Shown piece by piece: positions 39,358 to 51,313 of a stretch of DNA of 64,000 nucleotides (position 1 is its first letter; the number at the start of each line of letters is the position of its first letter). The position numbers and the translations under genes are program-made. The DNA is from Schmidtea polychroa (taxonomy: Eukaryota), in assembly GCA_044892525.1 (NCBI GenBank), contig CM097886.1, positions 15,686,001-15,750,000 of the forward strand. The letters are read 5' to 3'. The notes below the pieces were generated by a model. That model saw nothing but the letters and a program-made list of their open reading frames with translations, did no database searches and was not told the DNA's origin.

Positions 39358-40611
39358 ATTTCACAAATTAAAATTTTTAAGCTGAATAAGTTATCAAGAT
39401 ATCAAATTTTATTACCAGCAATTATTTTATTATCGTTATTATCACAGATTATTACAATACCCTTAAGCAAAAATGGTCGAAGTTATTTCCTTTATCACAG
39501 ATTATCGCCCTTGGTCATTGGACATTTTGGTTTTTGTGATTTATTTTATGAAATTATTTTAAGTTTATCTTTTGTTCCAAATAAACTGATTACTCGAAAC
39601 TCAAAATTATTATTTTATAGCTGTATAACTACTTTTAAAATAATATTGTTGGCTTTTACTGGATCATTTGGCCCAATTGGTTATATTGGTGCTGCTAATA
39701 TTATTGGGGTAATTATCCAGTTATTTTGCACTATGGAATTACTAATTTTTATTGATAAATTTATCGAAGAAAGCAATATAGAATATGGCGGAATAGCAAT
39801 TTATAATTCTATTCAAGTGTGTTCAGATTTTATTTGGTTTATAATGAGCCCTGTCGTTATAAAAGATTGCAATGGTCGGATGTTCGAAGGTTTATTTCTA
39901 GCGTTTATTCATTTAAGTTCTACACAAGATCCAATTTATGCTATTCGGAATTTAATTAGTCGAAATGGACATCCGGATTTTATTAAATTATTTTTAATCA
40001 TTGTTTCGACTTTGTGTATTATATTTATTCTAAATGTGAAAATCGTTTTCCAGTTTTCAGATTATCTTGATTGTGATGAAAAACGTTTTCATGCTCATTC
40101 GTATAGATTAATAACAACTGGATCCATTCCATTTCGTTTGTTTAATGCGATTTATTTATCGAGATCGGCAGTACCTTTTTTGAGAGATCGAATTATCAAT
40201 TCGTCTTCATCAACGGAAACGTGTATCGTTACACGACATGTGCCGAGCAATATCGATGAAATGTGCTATGGTTATTCATTAATCATTCAATCTCCAATGC
40301 CAAAACCGCTCGAATTTCAAGATTACTCTATTTCGTTTTTTATTTTGAAAATTATTTCTTGTATTATTTTGCATTTGAACTGGGTATTTTACGTTTCTCA
40401 TTCGCCTGGCTTTGTTCATGAAGATAAGTTAAAGGTTTCTCGCAGCATTGTTGTGAAATCAAAGGAAGAAATTGTCCGTTTGTTGAAATGTTCATCAGTC
40501 ATCAATGGTACTATTATTGGTGTTCTTGCTGTTTTGGGAGATTTCGTAAATTTCCCAATTGTCAGTTTGATTGGTTTTGTGAATTTTGCTACGCACTGTA
40601 TCAATTTTTAA
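39358..40611 (+). CDS. Highly divergent Sec61-alpha/SecY family translocon subunit (start unresolved)
   Basis: Colinear matches to Sec61A: TGSFG..IIQLF..IDK..GGIAIY..CSDFIW..SP..NGRMFEGLFLAFIHL..AIR..R..HPD..TGSIPF..CYGY..GTIIGVLAVLGDF. The frame is open upstream of the TTG to 39358 and includes a TM1-like segment (ILLPAIILLSLLSQIITIPL). Confidence 0.85.
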   Translation: MSQIKIFKLNKLSRYQILLPAIILLSLLSQIITIPLSKNGRSYFLYHRLSPLVIGHFGFCDLFYEIILSLSFVPNKLITRNSKLLFYSCITTFKIILLAFTGSFGPIGYIGAANIIGVIIQLFCTMELLIFIDKFIEESNIEYGGIAIYNSIQVCSDFIWFIMSPVVIKDCNGRMFEGLFLAFIHLSSTQDPIYAIRNLISRNGHPDFIKLFLIIVSTLCIIFILNVKIVFQFSDYLDCDEKRFHAHSYRLITTGSIPFRLFNAIYLSRSAVPFLRDRIINSSSSTETCIVTRHVPSNIDEMCYGYSLIIQSPMPKPLEFQDYSISFFILKIISCIILHLNWVFYVSHSPGFVHEDKLKVSRSIVVKSKEEIVRLLKCSSVINGTIIGVLAVLGDFVNFPIVSLIGFVNFATHCINF

Positions 40612-42619
40612 TGTAATCAGATTATAATATTTTTTGAAAATTAAATCTAAATGAATATTTATTTTATTTTATTCTGTTAAGATTAAAACATTTGTAATCA
40701 TATTATAATTTGTATTAGACTAAATTTATTAATTTGGTTCCAAAGATACATTGAAGAAATGAGTCATCCATATTGAATGTGGGGTAAATTCATATTTTAT
40801 TTAACATTTATATTTGAATAAGTTATTAAATATTCATTAGCTCTATCATTTAATTTTTGTTTGCCCTGTAGTTTTATACAATGCAAATTTATTATCCAAT
40901 CTTTATTAAAGTGGTCTGAAGAAAATAAAAATTTGCTCCATTTTAAAATAAATGGCTTGATTTACATAATTTATTGCCATAAATATTTTTAATAAAACCT
41001 AAATAATTTAACATTCAAAATTTTTTGATTAGGTGAATTAAGCATTTCAAGGTTAAATGTTTTTTTAAATATTCATATTTTTAAACAAACTTGTGAATTA
41101 ATAGAAATGTTAAAAATAATTAGATAAAACTTTGGCTGTGACTTATGATGAAGCAGATGTTACATATTTCCGCATAACTCCAGGCGAAATTACATATGGG
41201 ATTATATGAATTTAATTTTCAGAAAATGCTTATTTATTTTCAATGTACCAAGAAAGATTTTTATACGTTTTATACGAATAGTGTAATATTTACATTAACA
41301 TTTTTGTTCCTTCAAATTTTAGTTAATATGAATTCAATATTTCAAACAAAATTCTCAATCTTAAGTATAAAAATAAAATTTATAATCAGTAGTTGTTTTA
41401 GCCGATCTGAATTATTGTCGCGTACGTTTGCGCATTCTTTGCCTTTGGGTTAGAAGACAAAGCGTCCCTTCAGTCATTTGACCTTTAGTGATTAGACTAT
41501 CCGTTCTAGAGACTAACTGGTATACCAATCAAAAAAGAAGTGACTAGAATTATAATAAAAGACAACGTGGCTCAGAAATATTGCAAAATACGGTAAGAAT
41601 ATCAAATAATGAGTGGCCAAATAGACCCATCGTTTGTTTGAAACATAGCAAGGTCAGTTTAAAACAAGGCAAAATAATGACTTGAACTTAAATATAAACC
41701 TTTACAACATGGTTAATGTAACTGTTGTGGTGAATCATGTCATAGATGGAATAGTTGTCCAGTAAATAAGTGTTGTCTAATATGCGTTTAGAATGACCAT
41801 TTTTTAAATAACTGCTTAAGGAATGGTAATATAAGAAGAATTAATTGTATTCAGAAAGAAAATAAGTGGGGAAACCTGGCTTATTTGTATGAAGACCATG
41901 AGAATGATGATGTCAGAATCTAAAGCATGATCTATTACACGTGGTCATAGGAATGACTGTCCTTTAAACAACATATGCTCCATAGTAAACATTTCATCGG
42001 CGGAGTCGTTGAATTAGATTTGAAGAACGCAGGAAACCGAATTGTTATGCTGTTGAGATATTTGAGCTTAGTTCAATGTTGCGGAATAATTATAGAAATG
42101 TTGTGGGATACATGTGGATCCATTACGGTGATGTAAGTGGTCATTTGGACGAAATGTGGGAGTTCAGTATTAAAGCAGTTAGATATTTCACTCAGAATTG
42201 GGTTAGGAGCTAACTCGATATCATGCGTGGGGAATAACATGTGTCAGAATATAAAGAATTCAAGTTTTGTGGGTGTCATGAATTTAATTTTATCTTTTAG
42301 AATAAAACTTGTGCCAGATGTCTCGATTGTGGTAATATTGTTGGTGCCTGTTTCAATGGTACCGAACGATGCCAAAAGGCACTTGATGTTTTTGGACTAA
42401 GTTCAGATCCAAAACTAGTTGAGTTGGTAACTCAATATAATTCAATCTTTATGATGTCAGATTTTGATTTCTGTTGCATGAATTTAGTTACTCATAATAT
42501 GAAATCGACGTAAAATACTATAATTCAAAATCAGAGGTGCATGACAAAGCAAATGGAGTCAAAAGTTCTGAAATTGTTAAAAACATAATTTTCTAGAAAT
42601 GAAAGACAGTTTTGCTATA

Positions 42620-42760
42620 ATTGAATACCATTTGGGTTGTCCACAGCTCCAACGACCTTCCAAAGATTGATGCACATATTATTTGATGATATTTTGTATA
42701 ATGGTGTTGAAGTATATTTAGATCATGTGCTAATATATGGAAAGATTACGGAAGAGTATT
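42620..42760 (+). pseudogene. Gypsy-type reverse transcriptase remnant
   Basis: IPFGLSTAPTTFQRLMHILFDDILYNGVEVYLDHVLIYG. Confidence 0.85.
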
Positions 42761-43335
42761 GTTGAATTTTGCTCTTCTCAACTCCTGGTTCTTATATAAA
42801 TAACTGAAATGAAACTCAAAAATATTTATTTCGAAAAAATAACAATAAAAAAAATTCTTTTTTTTTATTTTTCTTTTTACAATGAAGATAAAAAGTGTAA
42901 TCAAACTGTGAAGTGTGGTTGTATTCCTAAATATGTTGGTGCGGGTTTTGTAGTGAATGCAATCTATTGTATGTCGGATCGATATTAGCTTCTAACCTGT
43001 CCAGTCTATTAGATCAGGAAGGGCCAAATTATTAATTTTGTTCATTGGATATATATTTGGGGTAGATCAATCGAAGTTTACCGACTCTGGTTTTTTCAAA
43101 AAAAAATATTTTTTTATTTATTTATTATTCTTGTGTCTTAATTATTTACTGATTTGGAATTCCCATAATCATATTTGGAATAATTAATCATGATCAGATC
43201 TATAAAATCATAATAATGAATAAAGTACAAAATTGAAAATATCAATAGTTGTCAAAAATAAATTTTCTCAGTTGTCAGAAGGGATTCTGATAAATTGTTG
43301 TTGAGTGACTGTCAAGGAGAAATGAAGAAATCAAA

Positions 43336-44092
43336 TGTCGAACCCATATGTTACACACGCCCATATCTTACGCAAAAAGAAAAAAATTACTAATACAAAT
43401 TTAAATCCCGAAAATGAAATACATTTTGACACTAGAAGAAATTGAAAAAATTAAAACTTGTCTAAATCAAGGAAGTAGTTGGATTACTGACTTAGATAGA
43501 CATTCAAAAAGAAATTTTATAAAGAAAGCTGAAAACTTTATTGAAGTGGAAAATAAGCTTTATCTAAAATCAGGAGAATGTAACAAAGAAATCATTGCAA
43601 ATGATGATGAAGTTGGCCTGCACAATTTATTTGAAAGATTGCATCTCCCTGACCACACTGGGATGAAAGCAATGTATGAAAACTCAAAACTCTTGTACGC
43701 GGGCTTCAAAAAGGAAAGAATAACGCGATATGTATCTTCTTGTTTAATATGCAAGAGACACGAGCCATTACCAAGAGTTGTACCTATAATCCCAATAATC
43801 TCGGAGTTTCCCTGGGAATTGGTACAGATGGATTGTGTAGATATGCGCAATTATCAAGAAGACAATGATGGATTTGGATGGATTTTGAATATCCTAGATT
43901 CTTATTCCAAATTTTTATATTCCTTTAAATTAAATAGGCTGAAAAAGATAATTTAGAAGAACAATAATTAAATTTCATTATTTAATTGCTTTTTATATAA
44001 TATTTTGGTGTTTTTATTGCTTTTTGTTTCTTTGTGTAGAATAAAAAAATTTTTGCGTAAGATATGGGCGTGCGTAAGATATGGGTTCGACA
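43336..44092 (+). mobile_element. Ginger2/TDD-like DNA transposon, internally deleted
   Basis: 43-bp TIR starting TGTCGAACCCATAT (2 mismatches), TGT..ACA ends, 5-bp TSD TCAAA, integrase-type ORF. Confidence 0.85.
43414..43956 (+). pseudogene. Truncated Ginger-type integrase/transposase
   Basis: HHCC zinc motif (LHLPDH...CLIC) and start of the catalytic core (QMDCVD..ILNILDSYSKF); second D and E missing. Confidence 0.85.
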
Positions 44093-44349
44093 TCAAATAT
44101 TTAATAATAAGGTCTGTGGATAATTGGATTGAGATTGAGAGACTGAAAAAAATGGAATTGAATCAATACTTGATATGTTAACGGAGATTGAATTGGGAAT
44201 TGAGATTACATATGATTGTCAAAGGGTTTTGTAAAATAAAGTTGTCTGTGGAAGATACTTTGGAGAGATGGGAAATTGAGAAAGATGAGATTCAATCTTC
44301 AACAACATAATAAAAAATTTTAGCAGGCTGAATATTAATGAATAACAGT

Positions 44350-44770
44350 ATGATTAAGGCTGGAATACCAAAATGCACCAAACAACTACGTTCATTTTTG
44401 GGGTTAGCTAATTATTATCTCAAGTTTGTTCAAAAATTTGCTGAGATCGCCTAACCGTTGTACGAAGCCACCAAAGGGCACGAAAAGGAACGATTAGTGT
44501 GAGGAAAGTTTCCGAAAACTAAAACACGCATTATTGAGTGTACCAGTTATGTGGATTACTTTATTTTGGATACGGATGCTTGTTTGGTGTTGTTCTGAGT
44601 GAAGTACAAAACGATTGTGAACAAGTCATAGCATATAGTTCATAGCATATGTGGTCAGAAAGAAGTTCTTAACAATATATGAGTACATTTTATATTTTCG
44701 GCATTATCTCTATCTAAATAAATTTGATATACATGCGGATGATAAGGCGTTACGTTTTGAAAATCAAATT
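44350..44770 (+). pseudogene. Gypsy-type RT/RNase H remnant
   Basis: KQLRSFLGLANYY.KFV..FAEIA*PLY...FILDTDA. Confidence 0.75.
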
Positions 44771-44992
44771 CGAAACTCATAAGCCCACAATTCTAGATAT
44801 TGCTAAGAATAATTTTTATTAAAAATAACTAATTAACGACATAAAATTCATTAGTAAAATTTAGGCATTAAAATGAAATAAAAATTACAATGTAAAACGA
44901 CCTTACACTTTAAATTAATTCCAGGCATGTAGTCCCTTCAACCCTACACTCACTACGTTATAATAATAATAATATGTATAAAATATTGATTT

Positions 44993-45170
44993 CTTGGTAG
45001 CAGCATTTATTATTTAAAACAATTAAATGATAATATAAGCCTTTTGCTGCGAATAACGTATTTAATGAAAAAATTTTCGACTATAAAATCTTATAGTCGA
45101 AAATTTGTTCATTAAATACATTATTCGCTGCAAAAGGCTTAAATTATCACTTAATTGTTTTAAATAATAA
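44993..45170. repeat. Long hairpin/MITE-like repeat
   Basis: About 80-bp imperfect arms (45007-45086/45091-45170) around a 4-nt loop AATC; related ends at 15578, 20430 and 50285. Confidence 0.8.
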
Positions 45171-45177
45171 TAATAAT

Positions 45178-45257
<80 letters not shown>

Positions 45258-46619
45258 TATAAATATAAATAATAATTATAATTATTAAATACAAATTCAA
45301 ATAATCGTTCTAATTGGTTACATGAAATCAAATGCAAAAATTTCCTACCAATCAATTATATTCTCAGTTTTCATAAAGATCATTTGAGAATTTAAAGAAG
45401 CAATCGAAAACTTTTAATAAAAATTTCCACTGGGATTTATACTGAGAAAATTTCAGCCATGCCACACAATGAAACCCATCAAAACTTCGTCAATTATACC
45501 TTTCTATTGGCTCTCAGAGAAAAGGTAAGTTTGAATAAATTATTTTATTAGAAATGTGTTGGTTTAAACAAAATTTTCAACGAATAAATAAGAATTTTAC
45601 AATCAACAGTCAGAATTAAATATTTTGGAGTTTGATTCATTTTTTATTTTTTTATCGGATTTAATTACGTATAAAATATACAAAATTGCATTTTTTATAC
45701 AATAATTTTCATAAGAGATTTTGGTATGTTCTTTCTCACATGTCGTGATTTTTATTTAGCTTCTTTAGATGTAAAGTTTTATTAATGTCTCGACTAGATC
45801 ACCAATTGAACTTGGGAATTATTCTAAAAAGATTATAATTAAGATTATTATAGAAATCAACTGAAAAATTGTCATATTTAAAGACATTCGGAAAATGGCA
45901 AATTTGAAAAAGGAGAATAAATAAGATTCGATCCTTTTGAAAGGCATTCTTCCCATCGGGTCGTGACATGAATTATAGGTCGACCTCAAATTTCTATACT
46001 CTGGATCCCTAGATTTCTATTAGGATTGACATTTTGCGTTTAGATATTTCTAAGCTTACAATCAAACTATATAAATTGATCTTGTCTTTCGTCTCATGGT
46101 AGTAGCGTACTAATATAAACTGTAAATATCATTATTTTACCCTATTGTACGACTTTAGAAAAGAAAAATAATTAGTTTTTTACTTTTTAACTGAGAGATT
46201 TGACCAAGACAAGAAATAAGGTTACATAACGAAAACCAATTAGAGCATATAACAACATGAAATAAATTCGTTTTAATTCTTAAAATTTTCACTTAATATT
46301 GTTGATGTTTGTTAAAATTTAAATGTACAAAATTCGAGTATAAATTAATTGAAATTCAATAAAATTAATTAACATTCGAAAAAATAATTTAAAAATCCAA
46401 AAATCAATATTCTTCAGGGAAAAGTATGGAGAGGTAGTAAATCAAAAGTTAAAGATAAATATAATTTCAAATTGATGGGGGGTTAGGATGTTTGTTGAGA
46501 ATTTGACAGGCGTGATGTCATATGTCAAACTGCTGTCTAATAATTACATTTAGTGTTTATTTTAGAGAACTCCACTAAATATATCATTGAGGTTGAAAAT
46601 AAAATTCATCGAGTAAATA

Positions 46620-46874
46620 CAGTGGCGGAACTTCAAAATTTGGGCCCCCCGCGCAATGTAAAATATTTCCACTTAAATTTTTCGGTTAAAGTTTAATACA
46701 TAGTTATTCACAGCAGCGCTATTCAATGATAGCTTTATGTTTGTAGGCAAATATAACTGCGGGAAAAAAGTTTCAGCAAATGATTGCAAATATTTTTTTA
46801 GTAATAATTTTGGGCCCCCTATAGCTGATGGGCCCCCGCAACGCAGGGTCCTGCGTCCACTAGTTACGCCACTG
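46620..46874. mobile_element. hAT-type MITE
   Basis: TIR CAGTGGCGGAACT / CAGTGGCGTAACT; 8-bp TSD AGTAAATA. Confidence 0.92.
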
Positions 46875-47503
46875 AGTAAATACGTCAAGAATTTAATTCA
46901 GATATTGCCTTGTAGATTATTTTAAAAGAAAATTTCAATTAAAATATAAATCGTGTTTTCCTCTTTACATTTCACATAGACGAGTTATACTCATTGTAAA
47001 TTGAGCCTGATTCAACCGACATTGCCTATATACTGCCATTATATACTATCTAAACATTCACAAATTCTTGACTTAAAATTATCTTGAAATAAATATGTAT
47101 TTTCTTTATAATATATCTTTAGTGAGCCTTATCAAAAGCACCAAGAAAGTTCAATTCTTTTGGGTAATATTTATTTCGCCTGGTAATAAAGTTTGTAGCA
47201 TTAGTTTTAAAAAATAAGTCAAAAAGAAATCTTCATTAATTGTATGAATGTTATTTGAAAATAATAATTTGTGTTGATGCGTAAATTCATCTAAGATAGT
47301 GATTCTTAACCAAGAATCAATAGAAGGTTTGACAAGGATCTGTCATATTATGTGAAAAAGTACATGGTAAAATATCTTTTTTGAACCATTATGACATAAG
47401 GTCATGTGCATGTCTTTGACAAAACTTTATCTATTTTCATTGGGTATTCATATTTTGTTTTCTTTTGTCATTATATTCGATCATCAGATTTTCTAAAGAT
47501 TTT

Positions 47504-47641
47504 GATCAAAATCACTTGAAAAAAGCAGTGCTGAAAATTCGTGAATATCAAAAAAACATCGATATCTTTACTTTCATAGTCAAGTTTTTTAATAAATACA
47601 ATGTCAATTGAATAGAAATCAGTGGTGAAAATTGAAAAAAG
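47504..47641. repeat. Foldback repeat family, partial copy 3
   Basis: Matches the right arm of copy 1. Confidence 0.65.
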
Positions 47642-47647
47642 TTCTTA

Positions 47648-47982
47648 TTGTGAGGTGTTTTCAGCTGATATTTAAATATTTCAAAAAATTATTAAGATAA
47701 TTTTAAATGATAAATAATTGACTATTTAAAATAACTTTGAAAATAATTTTTAAACTGAAATTTGTAAATTTTTAAATTAAACAAGCTTTTTAACCGGATC
47801 ATTTTTAAATATATTTTAAATATCGAAATTTTAATAAATGGTTTCTTGAAATATTTTATTCAACGCTGAAAATTTGTTTGGAAATTATACAATATTTCAT
47901 TAAATAAATACTTGGAATTATGACGTTAACTTTTGAACTGGATTTAAAAAATAATTTAGAAAATGTTTTAGCAGCTTCTAAT
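47648..47982. repeat. Inverted copy of 8405-8739
   Basis: By-eye alignment. Confidence 0.8.
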
Positions 47983-48219
47983 AATTATGAAAGTAGGATT
48001 AATTTTTAATAAAATTTCGATAATAATTGAAAAGACCTTAAAAGCTACTCAATTGTTTACGACATTAGATTTCTCGAAACATTTATCATCTCAATTGAAC
48101 TTCCATATACTTTAACGTCTTTTTCGGCTATTATATGGCCAAAACATTTTGATTTTTTAAACATTTTTCGGGCGTTATTTTTAAACCTCTGATTTTTATA
48201 CGTATTTATTTATTAATAT

Positions 48220-48269
<50 letters not shown>

Positions 48270-50333
48270 TAAATGCACACAATATCAAGTTAAAGTATGC
48301 ATTAATGGTACACGGCATACTTGAATACATTATGTAGTTAATGTATACATTGTCTAAGTTTATGCTTTACCTGTTATATACACACACACACACTTATATA
48401 TATATATATATAAGTTATAAGTATTTAATGTAATAATTAGTTAATATTAGAAATTATATTTAATTATATTAAATATTATCCTCTCATATACTAAGGTGAA
48501 AGAAAAGTCAGGAAACCTCGAATTAAATACTTGAAAAATTAAAATAAATTATACACAATATTACTGAAGAATATTATTTTCATTTCTCATTTTAAAAGTT
48601 TATTCAAGATCTTTAGGAACATTGTTTTGTATTCTTAAAGCATTCAGTACTGAAACCAAGTAATAAATTTTAAATCCTTAATTAAAATAACAATTTTCTC
48701 GGTTTTATTTATAAATCAGTATCTTTCATTCTGTAATTTCCCATTATAATTATACATGGGATTCATAATGTATGGGAAACTTAACTCAAATTACTTTTAT
48801 AATGCATTGGATTTTATAATAATTTGCAAAACTTTCTCTTAGCCCTATATGACGTCTTGTAGATTTTTTTTTAAATATATCAAATATCAAAGGCGGCACG
48901 AAATACGAAGCTGTCCAACATGCGCATCACTGGTCTCATTTGATATGGAATTCAACATGTTCCCAATCAGTGCGCACCTATAGTTATTAGATTTGTTTAA
49001 CCCCTTTCCAGCAATCATGATTTACAATGCACGATTCACTAGAGACTTTATTCATTCTATCTGCATTAGATGTACTCAATCAAAAGACCGTAGAGATACA
49101 GGAGATTTTACCATTCCACATGTTGATAATTACAACAAGTCAAACAGAATAAGATTTCTTTTGGATTTTTATTAATAGGATTTTTATATAAATATATTAT
49201 ATTTCAAAACGAAAGATGAATATTATTTCACATGATTCCCGCAGAGGATAATGATGGATGCCTTATTATTATTATTAATGGATGAATAAATCTATGTCAA
49301 TTAGTAATGCTTCTTATCAAATTTAATTGCTACTTGTAAAGGAAAAGTTTCCCGACGTAATCTAATTAGAAATTTATGAATTATATTATTGTTAAGCTAT
49401 TTGTATTAAAATCCTGTACATGTCAATCAATGCCTCAACCAAGGGGATCAGTAAATCGAGACACTTCTACCTTTGGCCCTGTGTAAATATGTAGTAAAGT
49501 CAAGTCAACAAATTAGTAAAAAAGGTTTTATTTTAAAAACGATTAAAATATACATTGTAAAACTTACTTACATTTCCAGGAAATCCTAGTTACGATTGGA
49601 AATCAAAAGTCTTTTAAAAAATTTTTTGAATTTCAATCCGAAAGCTCGAGAAAATGGTTTAAAATCATAGAAAAAATTTATTTCTCATGTAAATAACTTT
49701 AAAATGAATTAAATTAAAATGTTTTGTTTAAATTCTTTTGTTTTGAATATTAGAAAACTTGACAAAAAAAACTACGTCTCCAAATATAAAATATTTACTA
49801 CCAAATGAAATCACAATTATCTAAATTTATGTCATAGCAGTACTTATGCAATAATTTTTCTCTCGCATATCCGTACCAAGTCCACACATGTACATGTAAC
49901 ATTTCATAGAACAGCACCTTTCGCATTCTTGGGCACAGTATCGTAGATCTGGAATACCTTTAGCNNNNNNNNNNNNNNNNNNNNNNNNNNNNNNNNNNNN
50001 NNNNNNNNNNNNNNNNNNNNNNNNNNNNNNNNNNNNNNNNNNNNNNNNNNNNNNNNNNNNNNNNNNNNNNNNNNNNNNNNNNNNNNNNNNNNNNNNNNNN
50101 NNNNNNNNNNNNNNNNNNNNNNNNNNNNNNNNNNNNNNNNNNNNNNNNNNNNNNNNNNNNNNNNNNNNNNNNNNNNNNNNNNNNNNNNNNNNNNNNNNNN
50201 NNNNNNNNNNNNNNNNNNNNNNNNNNNNNNNNNNNNNNNNNNNNNNNNNNNNNNNNNNNNNNNNNNNNNNNNNNNNNNNNNNNNTAGCAGCATTTATTAT
50301 TTAAAACAGTAGGGTATTGTGTGGACCCGGGAA

Positions 50334-50407
50334 CAAAGACATATGACGTCATCGATGACGTCACAAAGACATATGACGTCATACCCCACCCCCGGGGGAG
50401 GGGGGGC
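50334..50407. promoter_or_regulatory. Terminal region: three CRE/ATF palindromes and a GC-rich box
   Basis: TGACGTCA at 50344, 50356 and 50374; direct repeat CAAAGACATATGACGTCAT; CCCCACCCCCGGGGGAGGGGGGG. Confidence 0.6.
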
Positions 50408-50463
50408 TTTTTTTTTTTTAAATTTTTTTTTAAATTTTTTTTAAAAATTTTTTTTAAAAATTT

Positions 50464-50615
50464 ATATTACGTTGCGGTATTTTAAAATTTATATTACGTT
50501 GCGGTATTTTAAATTTTATATTACGTTGCGGTATTTTAAAATTTATATTACGTTGCGGTATTTTAAAATTTATTATATTTTAATTATTAAATATATTACG
50601 TTGCGGTATTTTAAA
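50464..50615. repeat. 27-bp tandem repeat (4 tandem copies plus 1 offset)
   Basis: Core ATATTACGTTGCGGTATTTT at 50464, 50491, 50518, 50545 and 50593. Confidence 0.95.
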
Positions 50616-50670
50616 AACTTATTGATAAAAGTTTAATAAAATAAAATTATTATTACACACACACAATATA

Positions 50671-50949
50671 GTCTACCCGACAAAATATTCTGTTCCCCTA
50701 TGGTCACACACACACACACAATGTATAAAAATATTATTTACACACACGCAACAAGTTAGTGTTCTCATTGATATATTAATAATCTATATACTCCGAGTCT
50801 ATCCGACAAAATATTCTGTTCCCCTATGGTCACACACACACAATGTATAAAAATATTATTTACACACACGCAACAAGTTAGTGTTCTCATTGATATATTA
50901 TTAATCTATATACTCCGAGTCTATCCGACAAAATATTCTGTCCCCCTAT
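50671..50949. repeat. 122-126-bp tandem repeat (about 2.3 copies)
   Basis: GTCTA[C/T]CCGACAAAATATTCTG at 50671, 50797 and 50919. Confidence 0.95.
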
Positions 50950-51023
50950 GGGTACTGCTCACAAGGGTACTGGTCACGCTCAACAACTCGCAAGGGTATT
51001 AATAAACAATGTAATAAAACATA

Positions 51024-51101
<78 letters not shown>

Positions 51102-51313
51102 ATTTCTATCACAAATCATGGTTAACAAAAAACATAGTCGAATATTATAAAATTAAGGTATTGTGTTAGCACACACTCGTTATAATAATTAGCAATATAG
51201 TTTTTATGGTGTATCAAATCAAAACCTTTCTTTTACATTTATAGTCTATCAACCAATCAAAATCATATGGTATTAGTATAAATAAAAACATTATATTTTA
51301 AATTATTTTAGAA

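Noticed and set aside
50334-50950. Repeat arrays as a CRISPR-like array
   Set aside because: Units are tandem with no unique spacers, context is eukaryotic, and no cas genes are present.
50946-51169. Poly-Ile and poly-Leu ORFs
   Set aside because: Translations of the (ATT)n microsatellite at about 51024-51098.
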